DNA of 64,000 bases from an uncultured Verrucomicrobia subdivision 3 bacterium (GTDB taxonomy: Bacteria; Verrucomicrobiota; Verrucomicrobiia; Limisphaerales; UBA11358), in assembly GCA_903895255.1 (NCBI GenBank), contig CAITTG010000035.1, positions 26,714 through 90,713 of the forward strand, in the 5' to 3' direction. Below are positions 37,792-47,989 of the stretch, piece by piece (positions within the stretch are counted from its first letter, which is position 1; every line of letters starts with the position of its first letter). The notes beneath the pieces were generated by a model, which was given only the letters and a program-made list of their open reading frames with translations, was not told where the DNA came from and did not search any database. A program made the translations under genes and the position numbers.

Positions 37792-38757
37792 TTAGGCCGG
37801 GCGGTGGATACAGGTGGTGTAGAGCACCTTGCCGGTATGGTCAATCATCCGAACCAACATCCGGGCAGGGGTCAATTCAATGGCGGTGAACCCGGAATCG
37901 GCCTTGGCAAACTGGGTGTACTGGGTGGGTTCCGTGGAACGCACCTGGGAACCCGCGCCCGTGCAAATCAGGTTTAAATCATTGCACACCAAATGCTGCA
38001 GGTCATGGTCATGGCCGTTGAAATACACCGGCACATGGTTTTCCATGAGAATGGGCAGGATATTCTTTATTAATTCCGGGGTGTCGCCGTGCTCGCCGCC
38101 GGAAAAAATGGGGTGGTGGCCAAACACAATTTTCCATTGCGCGGTGGAGGTGGTCAGGGCGTTTTTGAACCATTCAATCTGGCGGGGCACATCCTGGGAT
38201 TTGATTTCGGCCTGCATTTGGTCTTCCAGGGCGTATTCGGCCAGCATGGGGGTGGTGTCGAGATAGAAGAAATCAGCCGTGGTGGTGGCATCCAGCCGGT
38301 GGGTTTGCCGGTAATAGCGGGCCGGCAGGTGCCAGCGTGGGCTGGTCCGGGAGTAAGCGATCTGGGCGTCGCAATTGCCGCGGTAATCGTGGTTCCCCAG
38401 AATCACATGCCAGGGAACCTGCAAGGCGGGATCGGCATAGACTTTTTCAAAGGATGTCTGCCATTGGGGATCCTTTACATCAGTAACGCCGTCCTCGTAA
38501 AAATTATCTCCCACCGAGATGATGAAACGGGCGGGTTGGGCTTTGGCCGTGATGGCCATCTGGGCGGCCACCTCGGTTTGGTCGGTCTCACCCCGGCGGC
38601 CCCAGTCGCCGAAAACGAGGAACTTCAAAGCTTCCGCCGGGGCGGGCTCCGCCTCCGCCGATAGCACCCGGGAAGACAGCAGGTCGCCCGCCCATACCAT
38701 CTGGCTGGCCACAAACAGCTTTCTTACGAAAGCTCTGCGGTTTTCCCTTGATTCCAT
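37792..38757 (-). CDS. Purple acid phosphatase-type metallophosphoesterase with Tat signal
   Basis: SRENRRAFVRKLF twin-arginine leader. Metallophosphatase motifs GDWG, GDNFY, GNHD, GHHP, GHDH. Confidence 0.9.
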   Translation of the reverse strand: MESRENRRAFVRKLFVASQMVWAGDLLSSRVLSAEAEPAPAEALKFLVFGDWGRRGETDQTEVAAQMAITAKAQPARFIISVGDNFYEDGVTDVKDPQWQTSFEKVYADPALQVPWHVILGNHDYRGNCDAQIAYSRTSPRWHLPARYYRQTHRLDATTTADFFYLDTTPMLAEYALEDQMQAEIKSQDVPRQIEWFKNALTTSTAQWKIVFGHHPIFSGGEHGDTPELIKNILPILMENHVPVYFNGHDHDLQHLVCNDLNLICTGAGSQVRSTEPTQYTQFAKADSGFTAIELTPARMLVRMIDHTGKVLYTTCIHRPA

Positions 38758-38941
38758 ACCGCAGGTTAGGGCGCTACCCTAATTTAGGGCAAGCTCTAAA
38801 TGAAAGCCGATCAGACTATGTATAAATTAACCGGATTTTAGCCGGGAAAGATACTCGTGGGCCGGCTGACGAATCAAACATCCGCCGCAATCCCAGCAAC
38901 CGAGCACTACTTTGCGCTCGAAAACATTTCAACCAGTCAAT

Positions 38942-39805
38942 TCACTCTCCGTTGGCGTTGTTGTTATCCCAAAACAGGTAATTTTTTGGGTGGCCTGCCT
39001 GCACATATTGTTTGAACAGGATCGTGGTTAGGAAATCAACGTGACCATCCATGGCCAGCGCGTTGCCGCCGTGATTGCTATGCAAGAGGCCGATGCCTTC
39101 CCCGGTGGTATCGGGTTTGTTGGAACCATCATTATATTCCGAGGTGGCCCCGTTAGGAACGGTAAACTCATCAGGTTCCCAAATAATATAACAGAGTGGA
39201 GACCAGACGGCGGTGGTCCGCATGGGATTTGGGTAGGACCCGTTTCCGGGAAAGCCAATCACCGCACCGTCCATTACGTAGGTGGAGAGTTTGTTGGCCC
39301 GGCCTCCAACGGTGATGAAGCTTTTGGCGGAGATGTCCACCGGGCACAGGTAAGTCGCGTAGTTGGCGGAGTACTTGTACCAAAGACCGGTTTGGCTGGC
39401 GAGAGTTTGCTTGCCCTGCCACCAACCCGGATCATAAGGATTGGGGATTTGGCCGGCCGGGGCACCCGCCGGTAAATCGGTGGCTTTCAAGGCATACAGC
39501 CAGCCTTGGGGGGCGTTGGGATCATTGCCACCATCCCAGTTGGGGTAAGCCATGTGGTCGTTGAAATCGTCCGCATACATGCGGTAGGAAATGCCCAACT
39601 GTTTCATATTGTTGACGCAACGGATGCTTTGAGCCTTGGCCTTGGCCCGCGCCAGGGCGGGGAGCAGCATGGCCGCCAGAATAGCGATGATGGCGATTAC
39701 CACGAGCAGCTCGATAAGGGTGAAGCCATTATTCGAGGGGCGGGTGGTCCGCCGTTGGCGTTGCAAAAGGGCTGAATCTAATTTTTTAATTTCTAGCGGC
39801 GTCAT
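38942..39805 (-). CDS. Prepilin-type N-terminal cleavage/methylation protein with DUF1559 / H-X9-DG domain
   Basis: [32 protein letters not shown] pilin-like N-terminus and C-terminal [18 protein letters not shown]. Confidence 0.85.
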   Translation of the reverse strand: MTPLEIKKLDSALLQRQRRTTRPSNNGFTLIELLVVIAIIAILAAMLLPALARAKAKAQSIRCVNNMKQLGISYRMYADDFNDHMAYPNWDGGNDPNAPQGWLYALKATDLPAGAPAGQIPNPYDPGWWQGKQTLASQTGLWYKYSANYATYLCPVDISAKSFITVGGRANKLSTYVMDGAVIGFPGNGSYPNPMRTTAVWSPLCYIIWEPDEFTVPNGATSEYNDGSNKPDTTGEGIGLLHSNHGGNALAMDGHVDFLTTILFKQYVQAGHPKNYLFWDNNNANGE

Positions 39806-40025
39806 GGCAACAATGCTGTTTACTAAGTTTCGGGGCTTGGCTGAAACTTAGCTTAATATTTTTTCATGTCAACTCAGACGTTTATCCGAGGCGTCTCCGT
39901 CCAACGCCCGGATGGCGCGCAGGTTTCAACCGTGGCTGGCGCTTCAGGCAACCAACTCAGCAACCAACAGCAGGCATGCCCGAGCATTATCCTGAATGAT
40001 TCTTGAATTGCCCGTGAGCCTAGCA

Positions 40026-40036
40026 CCCCCCCCCCC
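40026..40036. repeat. Homopolymeric C11 tract
   Basis: Eleven consecutive C between the divergent pseudopilin and GIY-YIG genes. Confidence 0.9.
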
Positions 40037-40183
40037 GCCGGGCGCATGTCATGTATTTAGCCGACACCGCGTCCGCATGGGCATCCGGAAGTGTCGGGCG
40101 GGGCAACGCTCAAAAAGCTCGAGTTGCCGGCCGGGCCGGGATATCCTTTAGTTCGACATTCTCGCTTATACGGGATTACAAAG

Positions 40184-40687
40184 ATGAGTGCGGGACAACT
40201 TTGGCTATTGCCGCCGCCCCGGCCCCTGGTGGACCGGTTCGGCGCCGACTTCTTTCGCCGCGTACCGGACCGTCCGGGGGTTTACCTGTTTTGCGGGGAG
40301 CGGGAGGGGGTGCTCTACGTGGGCAAGGCGAAAAGCCTGCGCCGGCGTTTGGGCAGTTACCGGGTGGCCAATCCGGAACGACTTTCCCGGCGGATCATCC
40401 GACTGCTCTACCAGGTGACGCGGATTGAGTGGGATGAATGTCCCAGTGAAGCGGCGGCGTGCCATCGGGAGGAACTGCTGATTGTCACCCTCCAGCCCAA
40501 ATACAACGCCGCCGGCAAGGTCTGGCCGGTGCCTGACTGTGCGCCGGTAAAATATGAAAAATTGGAACGGGTGGCCAACCAGCCACCTCCCGGAGCGGAC
40601 TCGTCCCAGGCGCTGGCCACCATTTCGCGGGGGCCGGGCCGGGAACTCGTTAAGGGAGGGGTCCGCGCGAGCAGACAAATCCAATGA
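40184..40687 (+). CDS. Stand-alone GIY-YIG nuclease-domain protein (UvrC N-terminal-like)
   Basis: Trimmed to the ATG at 40184. PGVYLFCGEREGVLYVGKAKSLRRRLGSY ... REELLIVTLQPKYN. Confidence 0.7.
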   Translation: MSAGQLWLLPPPRPLVDRFGADFFRRVPDRPGVYLFCGEREGVLYVGKAKSLRRRLGSYRVANPERLSRRIIRLLYQVTRIEWDECPSEAAACHREELLIVTLQPKYNAAGKVWPVPDCAPVKYEKLERVANQPPPGADSSQALATISRGPGRELVKGGVRASRQIQ

Positions 40688-40711
40688 GCCCCCCCTGGCG
40701 GGCACAGATGC

Positions 40712-41260
40712 TTAACGGTCGACGACTTTCTTGCGGGATTTAAAGCCCAGCAACCGGCCGATTCCGAGCAGCACGATAGCCCCGCCAAAGGCGAACACCA
40801 CCTCGTCATAGTTAAGCACGACGGAACCCAAGCCCAATTTGACCCCGGTGAAACGCAGGAGGAATCCGCCAACAAAAGCGCCCGCCAGACCGAGGAGCAG
40901 GCGTCCCAAGTTGCCCAGAAAGGTCGGCTTGAGATTGGTCAGCATGCCGGCGACCGCACCCACGACAATGCCGATGGCGATCAAGGCCCCGATTTCACCG
41001 GCGCTGTACTGATTGGGACTGCTGTCCACCGCCCGGTTTTTGAGATCATCCATGCCCGCTTTCGCTTCCTCCCCCGCATTCACGAGGGCGGTTTTGGTGG
41101 CATCGCCGGCATTTTGGACGGCGGTTTTGGTCTGTTGAATGAGGTTCGTGTCATCCGCGCGCAGGGTGGCGGGCAGCAGCAGGAGCGTGGTGACGCCGCA
41201 TAGAAGCAGGCATAAGGATAGCGAACGAAGCAGCAGTTGGCCGGAGCGGTAGTGTTTCAT
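40712..41260 (-). CDS. GlsB/YeaQ/YmgE-family membrane protein with N-terminal Ala/Lys-rich secreted extension
   Basis: 182 aa. C-terminal Gly-zipper TM segments (GALIAIGIVVGAVAGML, LLLGLAGAFVGGFLL, VFAFGGAIVLLGIG). Confidence 0.75.
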   Translation of the reverse strand: MKHYRSGQLLLRSLSLCLLLCGVTTLLLLPATLRADDTNLIQQTKTAVQNAGDATKTALVNAGEEAKAGMDDLKNRAVDSSPNQYSAGEIGALIAIGIVVGAVAGMLTNLKPTFLGNLGRLLLGLAGAFVGGFLLRFTGVKLGLGSVVLNYDEVVFAFGGAIVLLGIGRLLGFKSRKKVVDR

Positions 41261-41546
41261 GAGGGGTTGGGGTTTAGGGTTGAGTCAAAATGGGCGGGGC
41301 AACCATCAGTTCCGCGACGGGCAGGGGTGGCAGACTGCCCGTGCCGGGCGCAGCGGTTTTGCCGAACGTCAGGAATCCATTGGTAAACAATATGCCGCCA
41401 GCCAGCCGGCTGGGCACGGTCCACGAATTCCCAAGCTTCATCATAACGATTAAAAAGCCCCGCCAAGCCAAAACCTAGCGGGGAGAGTGAAACAAGACAA
41501 ACCTTTGGTTGAAAAAAATTCCCCTGGCGCGAGGGGGAATGCCCAA

Positions 41547-42215
41547 TCAATTGGCCGGTGTCCCCACCGGTTTGGGCGTCAATGGCGAGAGTTTGGCACC
41601 CAAATCCCGGAAGTCGGTGGTCAGCGCGTCGAGCGACTTGATCAAGTCCGCGCCCTGCGCATTGGCCTTCCTGGCCTCATCCGCCAGGCTGTCCACCCCC
41701 GCTGGCGTGAGATCCAGGCTTAGGGCCTTGTCTATGTCCTCGAGGTCCGCCAAAAACGGGTTGAAGCTGGCCTTGGTCTGCTGATATTCGGTCTGCACTT
41801 GGGCGAGACTGGCCATGACGGCGGCTTTGCGGGCCTCACTGCGGGCGCGAATGTCTGGACTCGCGATGGTGGCCATTTGTTCATCCCATTTGGCCGCGTA
41901 AGCCTGGCCGGCGGCCGCCATCGCTTCCGCCTTGGCGTTTACCCGCCTGGCGGTGGCCGCAACTTTACTCACGGCGCTGGAAAAGGCCTTGTATTGCGGC
42001 CGCAAGTCCTCGGACGGCTTCTGCATGAGGTCGTTAAGTGTGTCCAGGGCGATTTGCACCCGGGCCTTACCCAGTTCAATTTCCGCGGCCGTGCTTTCCA
42101 AATGCGAGGCTGTTTTCTCGCCTTTTTGATAGCCCGACGAGGCGCAGCCCGCCCACAGGGCCGCCACAGTGGCGATGGCAAGGCTGGCGGATAAGGCTTT
42201 GAGCGTTGGTTTCAT
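41547..42215 (-). CDS. Coiled-coil lipoprotein (DUF2959-like)
   Basis: Trimmed to the ATG at 42215. Lipobox LWAGC, then an all-helical Ala/Lys/Glu-rich body. The family call is from memory of DUF2959 architecture only. Confidence 0.6.
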   Translation of the reverse strand: MKPTLKALSASLAIATVAALWAGCASSGYQKGEKTASHLESTAAEIELGKARVQIALDTLNDLMQKPSEDLRPQYKAFSSAVSKVAATARRVNAKAEAMAAAGQAYAAKWDEQMATIASPDIRARSEARKAAVMASLAQVQTEYQQTKASFNPFLADLEDIDKALSLDLTPAGVDSLADEARKANAQGADLIKSLDALTTDFRDLGAKLSPLTPKPVGTPAN

Positions 42216-42348
42216 GAAATAGGTTGATTGCGCGACTTTTGAAAAGTTAATAAAAAATTTAATTCGACCCGTCAAGTCTACAATCTGCCAACCGGGGCCA
42301 TGAACTGGCGCCGGAATGGGTTGCCGTTCGCGCAACCGGCCAGCAGGC

Positions 42349-43713
42349 TTAAGCCAGTTCCTGCCAGAGGTGGGCGCTCATGAGCTGGCCTTTGGCAAAG
42401 CAGTCCAGGTTGAATTTCTCATTGGGCGAGTGGGCGTTGTCATCCGGCAAGCCGAGGCCCAAAAGGAGGGAATCGGCTTTGAGGATTTTCTTGAACTGGT
42501 TGACGATGGGAATGGAGCCGCCTTCGCGCATCAGGATGGGTGCGCAACCAAAGGCGGACCGCAACGCCCGCAGCGCGGCCTGCGCATGGGGGCTGGTGGG
42601 CGAGACGAGGTACGCCTCGGCCCCATGGCCGGCCGCAATTTCCAGACGCACGGTGGGCGGGCAAATTTTCTTGAGGTGGGCGCAGACGATTTTGCGAACA
42701 TGCGCCGGGTCCTGGTCAGGCACGAGGCGGCAAGTGATTTTGGCGGAGGCCCAGGCGGGCACGATGGTTTTGCTGCCTTCACCCTGGTAACCGCTGGTGA
42801 GGCCATTGATCTCAAACGTGGGGCGGGCGCTGCGTTGTTCGGTGGGCGTGAACCCTTTTTCACCAAAAAGTTCGGGCGCGCCCAGGAGTTTTTTCAGCAT
42901 GGCATCCTTAAGCGGGTACAACGCGGCTTGCTGGCGCTCAAATTTGGACAGGGGCGCGATGCCGTCGTAAAAACCGGGAATGGTCACGCGCCCATTTTTG
43001 TCGCGCAACCGGGCGAGCAACTGGCTGAGTGCCATGGCGGGATTTTCCACCGCGCCGCCAAAAACGCCCGAGTGGAGGTCGCGAGCGGGACCGTGCAATT
43101 TAATTTCAAAAGCGATGATTCCGCGCAGGGCATAGGTGAGGGCGGGATGTTTCGGGCTGGGCATGCCGGTGTCCGAGATGACCACGGCGGCGCACTGAAG
43201 TTCCTTGCGGTTGGCCTGGAGAAATTTATCCAGATTCGCGCTGCCCACCTCCTCCTCGCCTTCAATGACGAAGGTCAGATCGCAGGGCAGGGGAGTGCCG
43301 GTTTTCAAGTAAGCTTCGACGGCTTTCAGATGGGCAAAGTTCTGGCCTTTGTTGTCCGTGCTGCCGCGGGCGTAAATTGAGCGTCCTTTGATCACCGGTT
43401 CAAACGGCGGGGTCTCCCACAGGGCAAGGGGTTCAACGGGCTGCACATCATAGTGGCCATAAACCATGAAGTGCGGTTTTTTGGACCGGGGATCGCGGGG
43501 CGTTTTGGCCACCACGATCGGATGTCCGGCGGTCGCCCGCACCTCGGCGGTCAGCCCAATCTGCCGGCAATGGGCCGCCAGCCAGTCCGCGCAGGCGGCG
43601 AGGTCGGGCTTGTGCTGGGACTGGGCGGACACGCTCGCAAAGCGCAGGTAATCCCCGAGCTCCGCAATAAACCGGTCCTGGCCGGCCTTCAGATAATCAA
43701 TGACAGCTTGCAT
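42349..43713 (-). CDS. M20-family dipeptidase
   Basis: 454 aa. Motifs MVYGHYDVQP, ARGSTDNKGQ, FVIEGEEE, NAHSPNE. Confidence 0.9.
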   Translation of the reverse strand: MQAVIDYLKAGQDRFIAELGDYLRFASVSAQSQHKPDLAACADWLAAHCRQIGLTAEVRATAGHPIVVAKTPRDPRSKKPHFMVYGHYDVQPVEPLALWETPPFEPVIKGRSIYARGSTDNKGQNFAHLKAVEAYLKTGTPLPCDLTFVIEGEEEVGSANLDKFLQANRKELQCAAVVISDTGMPSPKHPALTYALRGIIAFEIKLHGPARDLHSGVFGGAVENPAMALSQLLARLRDKNGRVTIPGFYDGIAPLSKFERQQAALYPLKDAMLKKLLGAPELFGEKGFTPTEQRSARPTFEINGLTSGYQGEGSKTIVPAWASAKITCRLVPDQDPAHVRKIVCAHLKKICPPTVRLEIAAGHGAEAYLVSPTSPHAQAALRALRSAFGCAPILMREGGSIPIVNQFKKILKADSLLLGLGLPDDNAHSPNEKFNLDCFAKGQLMSAHLWQELA

Positions 43714-43866
43714 CCCGGATAGTTAAGCGGTGATTGGGAGGCTTGCCAAAACAAAAAGCGCCCTGACAGCGAGGAAACTTCAAACTCCAAGATTCAATCG
43801 CGGGCTTGGGGGGCAACTCGCAGATCGCGGAATGAGTGGAGCTCGTTTGGCATCTCAGTCCTGAAT

Positions 43867-44208
43867 TTATTGTTTGGTGGGCGCTGGCGCATGAACTGAG
43901 CAGGTGGCCCGAGTGTCGTTGGCGTTGATCGAATAGGTGCCGCCGTTTGGGCAGGCGGGTAAAACGCCGTTTTTCAAATGGACAACCAAATCCTCCGCGG
44001 TCGCCACATCGTGATCTCCTTTTTTGTTTTCCAGCTTCCAAACGGCTTTAGCGCCTTCGATGGCTTCGATGTTCATGAAGCACCTGGTTTTGTCATTCGG
44101 ACGAAGAGATATGCGGGTCACGGAAAACATCGTGCACAAGCAGATTGTCATCGTGAGAAATATGAAGCCGAAGAACCATAAATCTTTTTTTGAACTGGCG
44201 CTGCTCAT
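43867..44208 (-). CDS. Small membrane-anchored hypothetical protein
   Basis: 113 aa. N-terminal TM (LWFFGFIFLTMTICLCTMF), then C..N...I..AK..W.......CPNGG.Y, which resembles small PVC-type secreted proteins. Confidence 0.5.
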   Translation of the reverse strand: MSSASSKKDLWFFGFIFLTMTICLCTMFSVTRISLRPNDKTRCFMNIEAIEGAKAVWKLENKKGDHDVATAEDLVVHLKNGVLPACPNGGTYSINANDTRATCSVHAPAPTKQ

Positions 44209-44369
44209 TTAGGAATCAAACACATAAATTCTTGCGAAGTTGCGTCCTTTTTAACGGGGCCTTGAACTAGACCGACAAGCACAAGCTTGCCGTGGGCATG
44301 TTGCGTCCGATTGACGGCAGCCTGCCGGTGGACTAATTTGCCGGGGTTGTCCTATTCAAAACCATTTTA

Positions 44370-45902
44370 ATGACCATGGCTTTCGTCACCAAACGGTCTT
44401 GCCGGGCATGGCCATGGCTGGGTGTGCTCGGCATGCTCGTGGTCCGGACGTCGGCGCAGGTTCCCGATTTTTCCCTCGTGCAGCAACGGTGGTTTGAAAC
44501 GCGCACCGCGCATTTTCACATCTACAGTTGCGGCACGCCGCAAGCCGTTTTCAAACTGGCCGGGCGGTTGGAACAGTTTTGCAAGGCCTATGGCCAGCTG
44601 GCCGGAACCCAGGCCATCGATTCGCCACCGATTGCAGTGATGGCGTTTCCGGACCACGCGAGCCTGACCCCATTCCTGCCGTTGTATGAAGGACAGCCGG
44701 CGAATCTGGCCGCCTTCTTCATGCGCGGCTCGGATGAGAATCTCATTGTGCTGTCGCTGCCCGAGGCGGACGCCGGGGACAATGACATGGCGGTGATCTT
44801 TCACGAATACACCCATTTATTATTCCGCCACAACTCCCGCTTCTGGCCGGTCTGGTTGCAGGAGGGCATGGCTGAGGTTTACTCCACCTTCACCACCAGG
44901 GAGGGCGCCGTGACCATCGCCGGCCCCATTCCGCATCATCTTGAGTTGTTGCAACAGACGCCACTCATGCCGCTTTCTGAGTTGTTCGCCGTGAAGCATG
45001 ACTCGCCGCAATACAATGAAAGCAGCCGCCAGGGGATTTTTTACGCGGAATCCTGGCTGCTCGCGGAATTTCTGGCGGCGGGCGACCAGCCGGCGCTCCG
45101 CGCGCGCTTTGGTCAGTACACGGTGCGGCTCCGGCAGGGCGAGAATGCCGAGGAGGCCTTCACGAATGCCCTGCGCATCAGCCTGCCGGGCATGGAGGCG
45201 CAACTCCGGCGCTATCTGGCCGATGGAGTGTTTCCGCCCCTCCAACTGCGGGTGGCTGGCAGCCTTGGCGCGCCCGTCAGTTTCACGACCCGCCCCGTGA
45301 CCCCGGTGGAAATTTATTTCCGGCTGGGCGATGAGTTGCTGCGGATCGACCGGCTGGACGCCGCCGGCGCATTTTTTGACGCCGCGCTAAAACTGGCGCC
45401 GGCCAGTCCGCTGCCTTATGAGGGCAAAGGGATGGTGGCCGCCCAGGCGGAGAATTCGGCGGAAGTCCTGCCGGAATTAACCGCCGCCCTGCAACGCGGA
45501 TCGAAAAGCTTTCTGGCTTATTTTATTTACGCCCGGGAACGATACCGGCAGACGGCCGAGGGGGACAAGTACGGGCCCATCAAGGGCGACACGGCCGCGG
45601 AGGTGTATAATGATTTGCAGAAATCTCTCAGTCTCATGCCCCAGTACGCGCCGGCGCATGAACTGCTGGGCTTTTTTGAGATGGTTCAGGGTAACGATCC
45701 GGAGGACGCCGAAAAGCAGTTGCAATGGGCCATTCAGCTGGAGCCGGAAAATGACTCCTATCTCTTTACTCTCGCCCAATTCCAATTTCGCACCGGTGCC
45801 TCCGAGGCGGCCCGCCAGACCCTGGAGCCGTTGTTGAAACCCAATGTGGACGCGGAATTACGCGAGCATGCCCAGACCCTCATTCAGGAGAACAGTCATT
45901 AA
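44370..45902 (+). CDS. Peptidase-MA-like (DUF1570-type HExxH) protein with C-terminal TPR repeats
   Basis: 510 aa. Signal peptide, HEYTHLLF plus EGMAEVYS zincin-like motifs, and TPR-like helical repeats in the C-terminal half. Confidence 0.8.
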   Translation: MTMAFVTKRSCRAWPWLGVLGMLVVRTSAQVPDFSLVQQRWFETRTAHFHIYSCGTPQAVFKLAGRLEQFCKAYGQLAGTQAIDSPPIAVMAFPDHASLTPFLPLYEGQPANLAAFFMRGSDENLIVLSLPEADAGDNDMAVIFHEYTHLLFRHNSRFWPVWLQEGMAEVYSTFTTREGAVTIAGPIPHHLELLQQTPLMPLSELFAVKHDSPQYNESSRQGIFYAESWLLAEFLAAGDQPALRARFGQYTVRLRQGENAEEAFTNALRISLPGMEAQLRRYLADGVFPPLQLRVAGSLGAPVSFTTRPVTPVEIYFRLGDELLRIDRLDAAGAFFDAALKLAPASPLPYEGKGMVAAQAENSAEVLPELTAALQRGSKSFLAYFIYARERYRQTAEGDKYGPIKGDTAAEVYNDLQKSLSLMPQYAPAHELLGFFEMVQGNDPEDAEKQLQWAIQLEPENDSYLFTLAQFQFRTGASEAARQTLEPLLKPNVDAELREHAQTLIQENSH

Positions 45903-45942
45903 AATGGGGTCCCGGGTCCAGGGTCTGGCGTCTTGGGGGGGC

Positions 45943-46254
45943 TTAGCCGGCAATCGCGCTCATTTCCACCGGTTCCACATTCACACCCGTTTTTTCGAGC
46001 CATTCCACCGCGGCCTGCACGTCATCCCGCTTGCCATCCAGTTCGAGGCAGACCACACCAATTTCATCAGTAACACTTGCCTGGCGGATATTGGTAACCA
46101 CATTAAATTTATGGCCCAGTTTCCAAATGAGCGGTTCTTTAATCAGCTTCGGCGGGTACATCAGCCATAGACGTTGACGGTTTGGGGACAGACCGGTGGT
46201 GGGCGCGGCCTTGGCTTTGGCTTTGGTTTTTTTGATGGTCGGGGCTTTGGCCAT
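45943..46254 (-). CDS. NIL-domain (ferredoxin-fold) protein
   Basis: 103 aa. LIKEPLIWKLGHKFNVVTNIRQASVTDEIGVVCLELDGKRDDVQAAVEWLEKTGVNVEPVE fits the NIL domain pattern. Last gene of the riboswitch-controlled operon. Confidence 0.75.
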   Translation of the reverse strand: MAKAPTIKKTKAKAKAAPTTGLSPNRQRLWLMYPPKLIKEPLIWKLGHKFNVVTNIRQASVTDEIGVVCLELDGKRDDVQAAVEWLEKTGVNVEPVEMSAIAG

Positions 46255-46276
46255 AATTTTATCTGGTTGGCGATTT

Positions 46277-46552
46277 CTAGCCGCCGGCGATGGCCGGGAT
46301 GATGCTGATTTCGTCGCCGTCCTTCAGGGGTGTGGCGCGGTTTTGCAGGAAGCGGATGTCCTCCTCGTTCACGTAGACATTGACGAAGCGGCGGACCTCG
46401 CCTTTTTCATCCACGAGCCGTTCCTGGATGCCCGGGAAACGGGTCTGCAATTCGATGATGGCATCGCCGATGGTGGCGGCGTTAACCTCAATGAGCTCCT
46501 CGTTGTTGGTCAACTTGCGGAGCGGCGTGGGGATGCGAACGTTTTTTGGCAT
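46277..46552 (-). CDS. ThiS/MoaD-family sulfur-carrier protein
   Basis: 91 aa ending ...DGDEISIIPAIAGG (C-terminal Gly-Gly). Confidence 0.85.
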   Translation of the reverse strand: MPKNVRIPTPLRKLTNNEELIEVNAATIGDAIIELQTRFPGIQERLVDEKGEVRRFVNVYVNEEDIRFLQNRATPLKDGDEISIIPAIAGG

Positions 46553-46622
46553 AAATTTATCTTGAGTTCATTGGAATGTTACCGCAAGCGTTTTCGCTGC
46601 GCCAACAGGCTGGTTAGGGCGA

Positions 46623-47879
46623 TTAAACCCCCACCTTTTCCTCCTGCGACAGCAGGGCCTCAAACTCGCGCAGGCTGGGTTTAATCTCGCGCGGCTTGCC
46701 ACAATGACCCTGCACGGCATCCAGCGTTTTCAAACCGTTGCCGGTCACGCAAATCACGGCCGAGGAATCGCGCGCAATTTTGCCGGAGGCAATCAACTTC
46801 TTCGCCACCCCCACGGTCACGCCGCCGGCGGTCTCGGCAAAAATGCCCTCGGTCTCGGCCAGCAGCTTGATCGCATCGCGGATTTCATCATCCGTCACAT
46901 CCTCGGAAGCCCCGGCGGTTTCACGCATCACTTTGAGCGCATAAAAACCGTCGGCCGGGGTGCCGATGGCCAGTGACTTGGCAATCGTGTCCGGCTTGAC
47001 GGGCTTGAAGAAATCCAGCCCGGCTTTTTGGGCTGTGGAAATGGGCGAGCAACCGGTCGCCTGGGCGCCGTGGACGTGTACTTCACTCTCGTTTACCAGG
47101 CCGAGCTTCACAAATTCCTGATAGCCCTTGTGGATTTTGGTCAGGAGCGAGCCGGAGGCCATCGGGATGATGGTGTGCTGCGGCAGGCGCCAGCCCAGTT
47201 GCTCGGCAATTTCATACGCCATGCTCTTGGAGCCTTCGGCGTAATAGGGCCGCATATTGACGTTCACGAAGGCCCAGCCAAACTTGCCCGCGATCTCCGC
47301 GCACAAGCGGTTCACCTCGTCGTAATGACCTTTGATGGCAATCACGTTGGCCCCGTAAACCAGCGAATTCAAAATCTTGCCCTGCTCCAAATCCGACGGG
47401 ATGAACACGTAGGATTTCAGACCCACGCTGGCAGCGTTGGCCGCCACGGAATTGGCCAGATTGCCCGTCGAGGCGCACGCCACGGTTTCGAAGCCCAGTT
47501 CGCGCGCCCGGCTCAGGGCCACGCTTACCACGCGGTCTTTGAAGGAGAGCGTCGGATAATTGACGGCGTCATTCTTGATCCACAACTCCCGGATGCCCAA
47601 TCGCTTGGCCAGGCGGTCAGCCTTGATCAACGGCGTGTAACCCACCTGCACCCCCACGGTCGGATCCTTGGCCACCGGCAGGAGCTCCCGGTAACGCCAC
47701 ATGGTTTTGGGCCGCGATTCGATGGCTGCGCGCGTGAGCGACTTTTTGATGCGGTCGTAATCATAGGCCACCTCGAGCGGACCGAAGTCGTACTCGCAAA
47801 CATGGGTCGCGGTGAGCGGATATTCCCGGCCGCACTCGCGGCATTTCAAGGCCTTCATGAAACCATCGTGCTTTTCCAT
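46623..47879 (-). CDS. Threonine-synthase-family PLP enzyme (ThrC-like; candidate homocysteine synthase)
   Basis: 418 aa. N-terminal CRECGREY zinc-ribbon-like motif, PLP-lysine motif PTLSFKDR, GNLANS. Preceded by a SAM-I riboswitch. Confidence 0.9.
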   Translation of the reverse strand: MEKHDGFMKALKCRECGREYPLTATHVCEYDFGPLEVAYDYDRIKKSLTRAAIESRPKTMWRYRELLPVAKDPTVGVQVGYTPLIKADRLAKRLGIRELWIKNDAVNYPTLSFKDRVVSVALSRARELGFETVACASTGNLANSVAANAASVGLKSYVFIPSDLEQGKILNSLVYGANVIAIKGHYDEVNRLCAEIAGKFGWAFVNVNMRPYYAEGSKSMAYEIAEQLGWRLPQHTIIPMASGSLLTKIHKGYQEFVKLGLVNESEVHVHGAQATGCSPISTAQKAGLDFFKPVKPDTIAKSLAIGTPADGFYALKVMRETAGASEDVTDDEIRDAIKLLAETEGIFAETAGGVTVGVAKKLIASGKIARDSSAVICVTGNGLKTLDAVQGHCGKPREIKPSLREFEALLSQEEKVGV

Positions 47880-47938
47880 AATATTTATTTCTCAGCTTCA
47901 GCCGGGGTTTGCCGGCTGGTTTTTGACGCGGGGCCAAC

Positions 47939-47973
47939 AAAAAAGGCCCCGACTCATGAGTGAGAAGGGGCCT
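47939..47973 (-). terminator. Riboswitch expression-platform terminator
   Basis: Minus-strand stem GGCCCC / GGGGCC followed by TTTTTTG, between the aptamer and the ATG at 47879. Confidence 0.75.
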
Positions 47974-47989
47974 ACAAAATATGCGTGCT

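Noticed and set aside
41257-41550. Small ORFs (41257-41550 minus, 41259-41453 plus, 41274-41471 minus, 41290-41478 plus) between the GlsB-like and lipoprotein genes
   Set aside because: They are mutually overlapping, with no signal or domain features. The region is more likely the promoter/5' UTR of the GlsB-like gene plus the terminator region of the lipoprotein gene.
42316-43380. 354-aa plus-strand ORF
   Set aside because: Antisense to the M20 dipeptidase.
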